Shown here: piece by piece, positions 1-10,479 of the stretch
Layout of the letters: each line of letters opens with the position of its first letter
How positions within the stretch are numbered: the stretch's first letter is position 1
Assembly: GCA_964632485.1 (NCBI GenBank)
Contig: CAZWDO010000007.1
Coordinates: forward strand, 124,001 to 188,000
DNA length: 64,000 nt
DNA from: an uncultured bacterium
GTDB lineage: Bacteria; JAGOEH01
Direction of reading: 5' to 3'
Position numbers and translations under genes: made by a program
Notes under the pieces: model-generated
Database searches by the model: none
What the model was told of the DNA's origin: nothing
Seen by the model: the letters and a program-made list of their open reading frames with translations, nothing else

Positions 1-909
1 GCTCAAAAAATCGGATTTCCCCTGGTTATCAAAGCTGTTTCCGGAGGAGGGGGCCGCGGAATCCGCCTGATACGAGAACCCGCCGATTTTCAAAGGGAAT
101 TCCAGGAAGCGTCCCATGAAGCTAAAATCGCATTCAAAGACCCTTTTCTCTATATTGAAAAATTTTTGGAAAACCCTAAACACATTGAATTTCAAATATT
201 AGCAGATGGATTTGGCAATTGCATTCACCTCGGAGAACGCGACTGTTCATGCCAGCGACGAAAACAAAAAATCATAGAAGAAACACCCTCTCCGGTGATT
301 CGAAAAACCCAACGCGAAGAGATCGGGAAAAAAATAACCTCAGTTCTTGCCAAGATTGGATATACCAGCGCGGGGACCATTGAATTCTTGTATGAATCCG
401 GCAATTTTTACTTTATGGAGATGAACACGCGGATCCAGGTGGAACATCCCATCAGTGAAATGGTAAGCGGGATAGATATCGTCCGGGAACAGATTCGCAT
501 TGCCGCCGGCGAGGAACTCGCATTTAAACAAAAAGAGGTCATCCTCCGCGGACACGCCATTGAGTGCCGCATCAATGCTGAAGACCCGGCCCGTAATTTT
601 CTGCCGTTTAGTGGAACAGTTGAGTCAGTAATTTTCCCCGGAGGACCGGGAATCAGGGTAGACAGCGCTATTTATCCGGGATATCGCATTCCCCCATTTT
701 ACGATTCAATGATTGCCAAAATTATCGCCTTTGATGTAACCCGGGACCGGACAATTGCCAAAATGATGCGCGCCATCAATGAATTTACTATCGATGGTAT
801 CTATTGCAATAAAAACTTTATTATGAAAATCTTACAACACCCCGAATTTATTCAAGGTCAATACGCTATCAATTTCATTGATCAGCAAATGCCGGCCCTA
901 TTTAACTAA
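1..909 (+). CDS. accC: Acetyl-CoA carboxylase biotin carboxylase subunit (5'-truncated by window edge)
   Basis: Frame 1 is open from base 1 (AQKIGFPLVIKAVSGGGGRGI...). Motifs ERDCSCQRRKQK, EMNTRIQVEHP, ECRINAED and YDSMIAK are present. Confidence 0.96.
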   Translation, partial: AQKIGFPLVIKAVSGGGGRGIRLIREPADFQREFQEASHEAKIAFKDPFLYIEKFLENPKHIEFQILADGFGNCIHLGERDCSCQRRKQKIIEETPSPVIRKTQREEIGKKITSVLAKIGYTSAGTIEFLYESGNFYFMEMNTRIQVEHPISEMVSGIDIVREQIRIAAGEELAFKQKEVILRGHAIECRINAEDPARNFLPFSGTVESVIFPGGPGIRVDSAIYPGYRIPPFYDSMIAKIIAFDVTRDRTIAKMMRAINEFTIDGIYCNKNFIMKILQHPEFIQGQYAINFIDQQMPALFN

Positions 910-1056
910 ATGTTTCTCGCCCTTTTAAAAAAAATACGCGGGAATGGGGAAGAACCGGTATCAGAATCGGACTGATGACCCATCGTCGCATACAACCAAA
1001 AACCCTCTCAATTCTCGATAATAGGGAGAGAAAAAGAAGGAGAAAACGGACGAACT

Positions 1057-1911
1057 ATGAATCTGCCACACATTATAAAAAATTTATTCCATTCTAAATC
1101 TAAAAGTGACAACCGCATCAATGTTCCTGACCACATGTTCACGCAATGCGATGGATGCAAGCAGATGGTGTATCAAAAAAAAATTACGGAGAATAGTGGG
1201 ATTTGTCCCGAATGTGGACGCCATTTTCGTATCACTTGCCGTCAATGGTTAGACCTTTTATGCGACGAGAACAGTTTTCAACCCATGTTCATGGATTTAC
1301 AAACCGAAGATGCGCTCCATTTTCCCGGATATCAGGAGAAACTAAAAAAAATGTATCAACAGGGACAAAATGAGGCGATTCAGACCGGGCATTGCCTCAT
1401 TGACGGAATAGCGGCATTTATCGGAATTATGGATACCGATTTTATCATGGGATCCATGGGAGCGGTCGTGGGAGAACGGATTGCCCTGCTTTTTGAACAG
1501 GGACTTGAACGCCGGCAACCGGTGATTATTGTCAGTCGTTCAGGCGGCGCCCGGATGCATGAAGGCGTCATCTCACTCATGCAAATGGCGAAGACCGCCG
1601 CGGCCATCAAAAAATTCCAGGACGGCGGCAACCTTTATCTGTCCGTATTATCAGATCCGACAACCGGAGGTGTTTCCGCTTCATTTGCCATGCTGGGCAA
1701 TCTTATTATCGCCGAACCCGAAGCCCTGATCGGATTTGCCGGACCCCGTGTGATCCAACAAACCATCCGCCAGAACCTGCCAGAGGGATTTCAGCGTTCC
1801 GAATTTTTATTGAAAAAAGGGTTCATCGATACGATAATCGCCCGCAACCGTCTTAAAACCGCCCTTTCTCAATTGTTAAGACTCCACGGTTATCACCCAT
1901 CCAATATTTAA
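1057..1911 (+). CDS. accD: Acetyl-CoA carboxylase carboxyltransferase beta subunit
   Basis: N-terminal Zn finger (CDGC...CPEC), GSMG, SGGARMHEG, PTTGGVSASFA, IGFAGPRVI; AAGGAG upstream. Confidence 0.96.
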   Translation: MNLPHIIKNLFHSKSKSDNRINVPDHMFTQCDGCKQMVYQKKITENSGICPECGRHFRITCRQWLDLLCDENSFQPMFMDLQTEDALHFPGYQEKLKKMYQQGQNEAIQTGHCLIDGIAAFIGIMDTDFIMGSMGAVVGERIALLFEQGLERRQPVIIVSRSGGARMHEGVISLMQMAKTAAAIKKFQDGGNLYLSVLSDPTTGGVSASFAMLGNLIIAEPEALIGFAGPRVIQQTIRQNLPEGFQRSEFLLKKGFIDTIIARNRLKTALSQLLRLHGYHPSNI

Positions 1912-1933
1912 CATTTCACCCGGATATATAGTT

Positions 1934-2962
1934 ATGAATGAAAAAGAACTCATTAAAAAAATTAATTATCTTCGCGAAGAAGCATCGAAACAGGGCATTG
2001 ATATCCATGAAGAAATACAGCGATTGGAAAAGAAAATCGATGCTGTTCATTTAATAGAAGAGATAGAACCCGTCTCCGAAGATGCCTGGAGTTGTGTTAA
2101 ACAATCCCGATTGCTTGAACGCCCCAAAGCCCAGGACATAGTCGCCGGGCTGGTCACCGATTTTATCGAACTACATGGGGACCGCAACTATGGAGATGAT
2201 CCGGCGATACTGGGTGGAATTGCGTTTTTCGGCGAAATTCCAGTTACGATTATCGCGACCCGCAAGGGTAAAAATTTGAAAGAAAACCAACTCTACAACT
2301 TTGGCATGCCCCAGGCGGAAGGATATCGTAAAGCGCTTCGCCTGGTCAAAGAAGCGGCTCGATTTAATCGTCCGGTTTTATTTATCATCGATACTCCCGG
2401 GGCCTATCCGGGAATAGAAGCCGAAGAGCGCGGGATTGCCGAAGCGATCGCCCGCAATTTGCTGGAATTTTCAGCAATCCCATCCCCCATGATCGCTGTG
2501 ATCACTGGGGAAGGAGGTTCCGGCGGCGCGCTTGCATTAGCGGTGTGTGATCGCATCTATATGCTGGAAAACGCCATCTTTTCAGTCATCTCGCCCGAAG
2601 GATGCGCCTCGATCCTTTTCAAAGACCCAAGCAAAGCGCCTCAAGCCGCACAATCTCTTCATCTGACAGCCTTGGCGCTAAAAAAACTGAATCTAATCGA
2701 CGCAATTATTGAAGAAGGACCCGGTATTGACGTGAATGCGGAAATTGGAATGCTTAATCTAAAAGAGCAAATTGCGGCGGATTTAAAAATTCTGAGGGAA
2801 CTTCCCCCTGATCAACTGATCGCCCAACGCTACCAGAAGTATCGCCAAGTCGGTTCCTATTCACACCTGGAGTTGCCCCAACCCCGACTCACTCTCTGGA
2901 AAAAACTGACTGCGTGGTTTTGGAAAAAAATTAAAAAACTCCTTTTCAAAACCACACAATAG
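1934..2962 (+). CDS. accA: Acetyl-CoA carboxylase carboxyltransferase alpha subunit
   Basis: ELHGDR, GYRKALR, IDTPGAYPG, GEGGSGGALAL, SVISPEGCASIL. Confidence 0.96.
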   Translation: MNEKELIKKINYLREEASKQGIDIHEEIQRLEKKIDAVHLIEEIEPVSEDAWSCVKQSRLLERPKAQDIVAGLVTDFIELHGDRNYGDDPAILGGIAFFGEIPVTIIATRKGKNLKENQLYNFGMPQAEGYRKALRLVKEAARFNRPVLFIIDTPGAYPGIEAEERGIAEAIARNLLEFSAIPSPMIAVITGEGGSGGALALAVCDRIYMLENAIFSVISPEGCASILFKDPSKAPQAAQSLHLTALALKKLNLIDAIIEEGPGIDVNAEIGMLNLKEQIAADLKILRELPPDQLIAQRYQKYRQVGSYSHLELPQPRLTLWKKLTAWFWKKIKKLLFKTTQ

Positions 2963-3103
2963 CGCTATACATTCATCATTTCGGCAAAATCAGACAATCC
3001 GGCTCCATACCGCTCCCATGGATTTCATTCGCCGAGCGGCAAATTCCGGAACAACCCGTTTGTGATTTTCTCATTGGCCCGGATAAATACCAATTTTGAC
3101 CAA

Positions 3104-5164
3104 CTATGAAACAGTTTCAATTTTTCCACCACGATAAAGAAGATGATAGATTTTTTTTGATAAGGTATCAATAGATAATGGTTTATGGATAAAATCGGTC
3201 ATCCCGGAATTCAAACTATCCAGAACGCTCTGATCCTGTTCAAAACCGGACATCAAAAGCACTTTTGCCAGGGGATTAATACTTCTTATTTCACTTAGGG
3301 TCTCTATCCCTCCCTTTTTAGGCATCATAACATCCAATAACACAATATCGATCACGGCATGACGCTTACAATAAATCTCCATGGCTTCTTCCCCATCCTG
3401 GGCGCAAATGGTCCGATATCCGCATTCAGTCAAAATTTCCCCAGCCAGTCCCCGCATGATCTCCTCATCATCCACCACTAAAATTAATCCGCTGCCCCTC
3501 ATTATCTCTGATTCTTCGGTTACCTTTTTTTTGATTTCATCCATATTAAGCACCGGGAAATAAACATTAAAAACCGAACCGATACCAATTTCCGAATCAA
3601 TTTTAATAAATCCCCGATGTTGTTTAATAATGTTACTAACCATCACCAAACCGAGACCACTGCCATTATTTTTTTGCTTGGTCGTAAAAAAAGGGTCGAA
3701 AATTTTAGTGAGATTATCCCGGGGAATCCCTACTCCCGTATCAGAGATAATAACTTTCCAGTAATCAACGGCTTCCGCATCGGGATTCGCCTGGACAATC
3801 TCGTCTCCGTAAGTGATAAAATCAATTTTAATACCCAAAATACCTCCCTGACGCTGGTTTTCACTGCGCATCAGCGTCATAGCATGATATGCGTTGAGCA
3901 TCAAATTTAAAAAAACCTGTTCCAATTGAGTTAGATCCGCTTTTACCAGGGTACTGGTTTTTGGTAAATCCGGATGGACCACTACACAGCTATTAAAACT
4001 GTTTTTGCACAGTTTATAAACATTGGCAATCACATCGCGCAAATCCACGGGATCGTAATGAGCCTCATTTTTCCGTACCAGGGAGAGCAGATGCTGAACA
4101 ATATCAATAGCTCGTTCTCCAGATTGGCCAATGGTTTCCAGATATTTTTCCAATTCATCTTTTTTCAAATTTTCATATTTTTTTATCTTATATTGCAGGA
4201 CGGAAAGAGTCCCCGTTATCCCGCTAAGGACATTGTTAAAATCATGGGCCAACCCGCCAGCCAGAGTGCCAACGGTTTCCAGTTTCTGCGCCCGCTGCAA
4301 CTGTTCCTCTTTGCTGACCATTTCAGTAATATCATCCAACCGAAACCCGACGGCTTTCACAAAATTTTCCTCAATGATCGGGAATATGGAAACGTTGAAA
4401 TAAAACTCGCCGATTGCTTCAAATTTTTCATTTTGGTAAAAACTGGCTTTACCATTATTTAAAATCCGTTGGCAATCTTCTCTGAATTTTATAATCCAGG
4501 GCGCTTTCTCCCAGAGCAGGCTTCCAAAAGCCTCTTTTTCCTCAATTCCGGTCAACTGGACCGCGGCATGATTCCAATTTGTTATTTTCCCATCCGAATC
4601 AATGGAAAAGAGAACAGATGGCATGGAATCAATTATACTATTCAAATAATTGCGGATATTTTGCAACTCCACACCGATTTTTTTATGTTCTTCGATTTCC
4701 CGGCGCAACAATTCCGTATTCAATCTCAATTCCGCTGTCCGCACTTTCACCATATTTTCCAGATTCGAACGCATTCGGTATAATTCAAGGAATACCCTCA
4801 CCTTGCTTAAGAGAATAAACTCATTATAGGGTTTAAAGATAAAATCGACGGCGCCGGTTTCATAGCCATGGATTTCCTTGGATTCTTCGCGGTCGATAGC
4901 GGTTACAAAGATAATTGGGATGCTGGCGGTTCGTTCATCGAACTTGAGGTACTCAGCTACTTCATATCCATTCATTTCGGGCATTTGCACATCCAGAATG
5001 ATAACGGCGAATTCATGGTCCAAAGTTGCTGACAACGCGGCATTTCCGCAGTTTGCCCGAATTACGGCGGCATCGACTTTACGCAATATTTTCTCCAGCG
5101 CCAACAAGTTTTCCGGGATATCATCGACGATCAGAATGTAGGGTTTATCAGTTTTAACTTTCAT
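3104..5164 (-). CDS. Hybrid histidine kinase (REC-PAS-HisKA-HATPase-REC)
   Basis: N-terminal receiver (ILIVDD...LDVQMP), PAS, H-box LAHDFNN, N-box QVFLNLMLNA, G boxes DTGVGI and GSGLGL, C-terminal receiver. Confidence 0.92.
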   Translation of the reverse strand: MKVKTDKPYILIVDDIPENLLALEKILRKVDAAVIRANCGNAALSATLDHEFAVIILDVQMPEMNGYEVAEYLKFDERTASIPIIFVTAIDREESKEIHGYETGAVDFIFKPYNEFILLSKVRVFLELYRMRSNLENMVKVRTAELRLNTELLRREIEEHKKIGVELQNIRNYLNSIIDSMPSVLFSIDSDGKITNWNHAAVQLTGIEEKEAFGSLLWEKAPWIIKFREDCQRILNNGKASFYQNEKFEAIGEFYFNVSIFPIIEENFVKAVGFRLDDITEMVSKEEQLQRAQKLETVGTLAGGLAHDFNNVLSGITGTLSVLQYKIKKYENLKKDELEKYLETIGQSGERAIDIVQHLLSLVRKNEAHYDPVDLRDVIANVYKLCKNSFNSCVVVHPDLPKTSTLVKADLTQLEQVFLNLMLNAYHAMTLMRSENQRQGGILGIKIDFITYGDEIVQANPDAEAVDYWKVIISDTGVGIPRDNLTKIFDPFFTTKQKNNGSGLGLVMVSNIIKQHRGFIKIDSEIGIGSVFNVYFPVLNMDEIKKKVTEESEIMRGSGLILVVDDEEIMRGLAGEILTECGYRTICAQDGEEAMEIYCKRHAVIDIVLLDVMMPKKGGIETLSEIRSINPLAKVLLMSGFEQDQSVLDSLNSGMTDFIHKPLSIDTLSKKIYHLLYRGGKIETVS

Positions 5165-5748
5165 AACTCATCCTTGAATAAACTCATTACAAATTTTGGA
5201 ATCTCATCCAGCAACAAGATAAAGTCCACCTTTCCACTTCTAATAGCCGATTGGGGCATCAGATCGATTTCTGCCTCCAGCGGGTCCTGAGCAATCGTCA
5301 ACCCGCCCCGTTCCTTAATCGTCCGAATTCCCTGAGTGCCGTCCTGGCTCGCTCCGGTCAGAATAATTCCGATCAGACCGTTGCCAAAGGCCTCCGCTGC
5401 TGTCTCAAAAAGAACATCAATAGAGGGTCTTGAAAAATTTACCGGTTTTCCACTACATAAAGATAAGGTATAGTCCGTTTCCACTAAAAGATGATATCCG
5501 GCGGGAGCAATATAGACGTACCCGGTCTGGATCGGTTCCTTATCTTCTGCTTCCTTGACAGTCAATTGACATTTTTTATTCAATGATTCTGTCATATAAT
5601 TCCCGGATACATCCAAACGATGTTGAACGATCAGGATTGGCAAGCCAAATTCAACGCTGAAACGGGGTAAAATATGATGCAAAGCAGTGAATCCTCCGGC
5701 AGAAACCCCGATAACAACGGCTTTCCATTGTCGTGTTTGGGTAATCAT
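5161..5748 (-). CDS. cheB: Stand-alone CheB-type methylesterase (no receiver domain)
   Basis: Catalytic motifs GVSAGG (Ser), VQH (His), LTGASQDG (Asp), plus RPSIDVLF; only 195 aa. Confidence 0.9.
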   Translation of the reverse strand: MITQTRQWKAVVIGVSAGGFTALHHILPRFSVEFGLPILIVQHRLDVSGNYMTESLNKKCQLTVKEAEDKEPIQTGYVYIAPAGYHLLVETDYTLSLCSGKPVNFSRPSIDVLFETAAEAFGNGLIGIILTGASQDGTQGIRTIKERGGLTIAQDPLEAEIDLMPQSAIRSGKVDFILLLDEIPKFVMSLFKDEL

Positions 5749-6578
5749 TCATCCACCTGTTTTTTTTGAAAAATTTTCTCATGTTCGTCGATCGTATGAA
5801 ATTGATTTGCCACAACTGACAATTTAAGAGTTTCACTTCGTCCGAGGCAAAGAAAACCATTATGGCATAAACTTTTTTCAAAAAGGCGAAATACCCGGTT
5901 CTGCAATTCCCGGGTGAAATAGATTAAAACATTACGGCATAAAACAAGGTTCATTTCACCGAAAGAATCATCGGTAACCAGATTATGGCTGGCAAAAACA
6001 ATATTTTCTTTCAATTTTCGATCAAAAATGACATTGGCATGATCGGAATGGAAATATTCACCAAAGGAACGAGTTCCCCCGGCGCTATGATAATTCGAGG
6101 TGTATTCCTTAATATGTTCGATGGAATAGATGCCTTCTTTGGCTTTTTCTAAGACTTCGTCATTAAAATCAGTCGCGTAAATCAGGCACTTATCATAGAA
6201 TTCCACTTCCTTTAAAAGGATCGCCAGAGAATAAACCTCTTCGCCGGTGGCGCACCCCGCTACCCAAATTTTAACAAAGGGATAGGTTTTCAGATACGGG
6301 ACTATATTTTTTTTCAGGGAAAGATAAAATTCCGGATTACGAAACATTTCAGTTACATTGACGGAGAGGTGAATAAAAAAAAGATTAAAAAATTCCGGGT
6401 CATACAAAATTTTCGAAATCATTTGCGAAATATACTCCATCCCGGAATGCTCGAATCCCCCCCAAATCCGGCGTTTTAGGGAAGCGCGGGCATATTGGTG
6501 GAAATCATAGCCATAACGTCTGAAAATGGCATCAATCAGCAGGTCGATTTCAATCTCTTCTATCTTATTTTTATCCAT
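5745..6578 (-). CDS. cheR: CheR-type protein-glutamate methyltransferase
   Basis: VTEMFRNP, IWVAGCATGEEVYSLAI, CRNVLIYF, LCLGRSE. Start placed at ATG 6578 behind an AAAGGA SD. Confidence 0.92.
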   Translation of the reverse strand: MDKNKIEEIEIDLLIDAIFRRYGYDFHQYARASLKRRIWGGFEHSGMEYISQMISKILYDPEFFNLFFIHLSVNVTEMFRNPEFYLSLKKNIVPYLKTYPFVKIWVAGCATGEEVYSLAILLKEVEFYDKCLIYATDFNDEVLEKAKEGIYSIEHIKEYTSNYHSAGGTRSFGEYFHSDHANVIFDRKLKENIVFASHNLVTDDSFGEMNLVLCRNVLIYFTRELQNRVFRLFEKSLCHNGFLCLGRSETLKLSVVANQFHTIDEHEKIFQKKQVDE

Positions 6579-6589
6579 AGGAATTCCTT

Positions 6590-9500
6590 TTAGCGGCAAA
6601 TCCAGATTCTGAGCATGGAGAGCAGTTTTGAAACATCAATGGGCTTAGATAAATAGTCATTGGCGCCCGATTCAATACATTTATCGCGGTCGATTTCCAT
6701 CGCTTTCGCCGTTAAAGCCAAAATAGGCAGATTTTTAAATTTCTCAATTCCCCGAATTTTTTTCATTGTCGTGTAACCATCCATCACTGGCATCATGACG
6801 TCCATCAGAACAATAGCCGTATCCGGATTCAGTTCCAGCAAATCCAACGCTTTCTGGCCATTATTGGCGATGATCGGATTCAGGAATTTACTTTTCAAAA
6901 ATTTGGCTAATGCAAACGCATTGCGCATATCATCATCCACGATCATCACTTTTTTATTAATCAATACCGATTCGCTATCATGCAGTTTACGAATCATTTT
7001 CCGTTGTTCATCGGGAAGATCGGATTCTACCCGATGCAGGAATAAAGCGGTTTCATCAAGCAGCCGTTCCATGGAAGCCGCATTTTTTAATACGATGCTG
7101 GCATCATATTTTTCAATTTTCGCCAATTCCTCACTTGAAAAATCGCGTCCGGTAAAAATAATAATCGGGGTGTGCGGAATATCCGTATCTGAAGAAAGCC
7201 GATCCAACAATTCAAAACCCGAAATATCCGGCAAACCCAAATCCAGAATAACACAACTAAAATTTTTATTTTTTAATAAATTGTATGCTTCCAAACCGCT
7301 ACCGATCGCGGTAATGTTCACATCCGAACTTTTCATCAGTTTGATAATGGATTCCCGGAGTTCCCTGTCATCTTCAACAATCAAAAGTTCTTTAATTTTC
7401 TCGGTCTCGAATTGTTCAATTTTTTTAAACACTTCTTCGAGTTGATTCTGATTGACGGGTTTGGTTAAATACCCGATTGCTCCGCGCTGCAATCCCTGAT
7501 TTTTTTTATCAAATGCGGAAATGATATGAATGGGGATATGGCGGGTATCCGCATTATTTTTTAATTCATCCAATACTTTCCACCCATCAATTCCGGGAAG
7601 TCCGATATCCAGTATAATCGCGGACGGAATGTACTTTAAAGCATACTGTATTCCGGTTTCACCACTGGGGGCAATTAGGCAATCATACCCTCTTTTCCGC
7701 GCCAGACGTTCCAGAATTTTTGAAAATTCCGCATCATCTTCGATAATCAGCATAATCCGGCCGCTTTTAACCCTCAGAGAATCAGAAATCGGCTCCGGTT
7801 TAGGATTCAGGATTAAAGGTTCAGTCTGGGTGAGTATTGGGGAAGACACTGTTCTTTTCGCAGAAGAAGCCGTTGGAGATTGATCTTCAGTATAAGAGGC
7901 ATAAACTTCAGGTACCACCAGCGTAAAAGAGGTTCCTTTTCCCGCTTCGCTGGTAACCTTTATTTCACAGCCAATCAACTGCGCCAGTTCCTTTGAAATG
8001 GAGAGGCCCAGTCCAGTTCCCCCATACCGTCGGCTAATCGATCCATCTACCTGTTGAAACGCTTCGAAAATCAGGCGCTGTTTATCTGCTGGAATGCCGG
8101 TCCCGGTATCCGTTACGGTGATAGCAATCGTAGTATCAGGCTTTAATTCTTTTCTCGACAAGGAAATATCCAACCCTGGCCGGTGGAAATCCACTGTTAT
8201 TGAACCATTTTCCGTAAATTTAAAGGCATTACTGAGAAAATTGCGCACAATCTGATTTAAACGCAGGGAATCGGTAATAATAAATTCCGGCAGATTTTGA
8301 CCCATATTGACGATAAAATCCAATCCCTTATCACGCGCGCTGTGTTTAAATTCATTCTGAATATCGGAGGCCAAGCTGCTCAAGCGAATCCGCGTAATGC
8401 TCAATTCAATTTTTCGGGCTTCAATTTTCGCTAAATCCAGAATATCGTTAATCAGATTCAGCAGGTTTTGTCCACTGCGATGAATCGACTGGGCGGATTC
8501 AATCTGGTCTTCCGACAAATTATTCTCGTCGTTTTCAGCTAACATACGCGCTAAAAGCAACATACTGTTTAATGGTGTCCGTAATTCGTGGGACATATTC
8601 GCCAAAAATTCCGATTTATACTTCGTAGCCAATTGCAATTCTTCGGCTTTCTCCTCCAGCTCTTTTTGTTTGATCTTCAGAATCTCATTTTTCTTGACAA
8701 TCTCTTCTTTTTGCTCCTCCAACAAACGCGTCTTTTCCTCCAGTTCCTCATTCGTAACTTGCAACTCCTCCTGTTGCCGTTGCAGGATCGTCTCTGATTC
8801 TTTCAGAACCCGGGTTTGCCGGGCCAATTCATCGTTTGATTCCCGTAATCCCTCCTGCTGGACTTGTAATTCTTCCGTCTGTTGTTGAAGCTTCTTTTCC
8901 GATTCCTTCAAGAGCTTTGTCTGTTCTTCTAAAACCTGGTTCTGTTTGCCTAACTCATCCTGTTTTCGATTCAGCTCATCCGATTGAATCTGAGTTTGCT
9001 GAAGCAGTTGTTCCAGACGATAATTTGATTGAGCGGAATTGATGGCTACAGCAATACTGTTGGCAGTAATTCCCAACAATTCTTTTTGCAAAGTAGTAAA
9101 ATTACTGGTCGATGCCAGTTCAATCACTCCGTTTAACTTGTCTTCGAAGACTAAGGGATAAATCAGAATATGTTTGGGAACAGCGCACCCCAATCCGGAT
9201 TCGATTTTAATATAGTCATCCGGGATATCCGTAAAAATAATCATTTCCTTTTCCAGAGCGGCTTGACCCACCAGTCCTTCCCCCAGACTATACTGGTTGG
9301 ATAATCCTTTCCTCTCTTTATAGGCATAGCTGGCTTTGAGCTTTAGAATGCGCTCCTCTTCATCAAAAATATAAATAACCCCAAGCTGAACACCCAGATA
9401 TTTTGAAAGATAGGTGATAGAGTGGCTGCAAAGGTCCGCGATATTTTGGCGACCGGAAATCTGGACACTCAATTCGGTTTGCCCGGTTTTCAACCAATTT

Positions 9501-10417
9501 TGTCGTTCTGTTTCCAAAGAGGATTTTTCAAGAGAATGCATAATGGTGCGTAAGGCTACCGCTAAATCATCGTTTTCGCTTTCCGCCAAATAGCGGGAAA
9601 TATTGAAATCATGATGATCAATGGCGTATTGCAGATTGTCAAAAAGCTTTTTATAACGATTTTCACTACTTTCCAGTTGTTGATAAATACGATTCTTTTC
9701 AATTTCACGGAAATGGATTTGTTCCAGCATATTATTAAAGCTATCATAGAGATTACCGATTTCGTCTTCAGTAATCTTATTGACGCGGATCGAATAATCA
9801 CCGACTTCGGAAATTCGACGGGCGGCTTCCTCCAATTTGACAATCGGTTCGGAAATGATTCCCTGGATTTTGAAAGCCACAACAATCGTCACCAGGACAA
9901 TCCCGGCGATGATCCCAATCAAACGTAAGATGTCGATAAATATCGAATGCTGCAAGGATTCCAATGAAATCCTCAAGTATAAAGTTCCATAATGGTTATT
10001 GCCTGAATGGATCGAATAGACAATGTTCAGTTGCTGGGCCGTGAATCCTTCACGAATATCTCCCAAACGCGGAATCCGATCCCCCACGGCCTTTTCCGAA
10101 GCATAGACGGCAAAGACAGCGCTATCCTGATCATAGACGACTGCATTCAATATACTCTCAATCGATTCCAGAGATTTCAATTTGTTCCCGGCTTCCTCTT
10201 TATATTCAGGATTGTACTGGCTGAATTCCAGCAGACTCTGCAGATTGACGCTCAAAGCAATCGCGATGAGTTCCGAACTCTGCCATAAATTTTCCTTTAA
10301 GGTTCGGATATGATAATAAAGATTCAAGGTCGTAACAAATAGTAAACTGCTGATAGTGATGACCAGGATGATCATCAGAAGTTTATAGCGGATTCGCACT
10401 CGTTTTAAAAAATTCAT
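6590..10417 (-). CDS. Membrane hybrid histidine kinase: TM-periplasmic (CHASE8-like)-TM-HAMP-GAF-long Q/E coiled coil-HisKA-HATPase-REC x3
   Basis: Two TM segments, HAMP (DEIGNLYDSFNNML), GAF (GEGLVGQAALEK), H-box FLANMSHELRTPLN, GGTGLGL and three receivers. Start placed at ATG 10417 behind GGGGAG. Confidence 0.9.
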   Translation of the reverse strand: MNFLKRVRIRYKLLMIILVITISSLLFVTTLNLYYHIRTLKENLWQSSELIAIALSVNLQSLLEFSQYNPEYKEEAGNKLKSLESIESILNAVVYDQDSAVFAVYASEKAVGDRIPRLGDIREGFTAQQLNIVYSIHSGNNHYGTLYLRISLESLQHSIFIDILRLIGIIAGIVLVTIVVAFKIQGIISEPIVKLEEAARRISEVGDYSIRVNKITEDEIGNLYDSFNNMLEQIHFREIEKNRIYQQLESSENRYKKLFDNLQYAIDHHDFNISRYLAESENDDLAVALRTIMHSLEKSSLETERQNWLKTGQTELSVQISGRQNIADLCSHSITYLSKYLGVQLGVIYIFDEEERILKLKASYAYKERKGLSNQYSLGEGLVGQAALEKEMIIFTDIPDDYIKIESGLGCAVPKHILIYPLVFEDKLNGVIELASTSNFTTLQKELLGITANSIAVAINSAQSNYRLEQLLQQTQIQSDELNRKQDELGKQNQVLEEQTKLLKESEKKLQQQTEELQVQQEGLRESNDELARQTRVLKESETILQRQQEELQVTNEELEEKTRLLEEQKEEIVKKNEILKIKQKELEEKAEELQLATKYKSEFLANMSHELRTPLNSMLLLARMLAENDENNLSEDQIESAQSIHRSGQNLLNLINDILDLAKIEARKIELSITRIRLSSLASDIQNEFKHSARDKGLDFIVNMGQNLPEFIITDSLRLNQIVRNFLSNAFKFTENGSITVDFHRPGLDISLSRKELKPDTTIAITVTDTGTGIPADKQRLIFEAFQQVDGSISRRYGGTGLGLSISKELAQLIGCEIKVTSEAGKGTSFTLVVPEVYASYTEDQSPTASSAKRTVSSPILTQTEPLILNPKPEPISDSLRVKSGRIMLIIEDDAEFSKILERLARKRGYDCLIAPSGETGIQYALKYIPSAIILDIGLPGIDGWKVLDELKNNADTRHIPIHIISAFDKKNQGLQRGAIGYLTKPVNQNQLEEVFKKIEQFETEKIKELLIVEDDRELRESIIKLMKSSDVNITAIGSGLEAYNLLKNKNFSCVILDLGLPDISGFELLDRLSSDTDIPHTPIIIFTGRDFSSEELAKIEKYDASIVLKNAASMERLLDETALFLHRVESDLPDEQRKMIRKLHDSESVLINKKVMIVDDDMRNAFALAKFLKSKFLNPIIANNGQKALDLLELNPDTAIVLMDVMMPVMDGYTTMKKIRGIEKFKNLPILALTAKAMEIDRDKCIESGANDYLSKPIDVSKLLSMLRIWICR

Positions 10418-10479
10418 CGTCTGGTTCTCCCCGGCGCTTTCCGTCAAGACAGAAAGTGGGGTTGGTTATTGGGAAATGA

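Noticed and set aside
910-975. 21-codon ORF (MFLALLKKIRGNGEEPVSESD) directly after accC
   Set aside because: No SD and no recognisable similarity; short enough to occur by chance.
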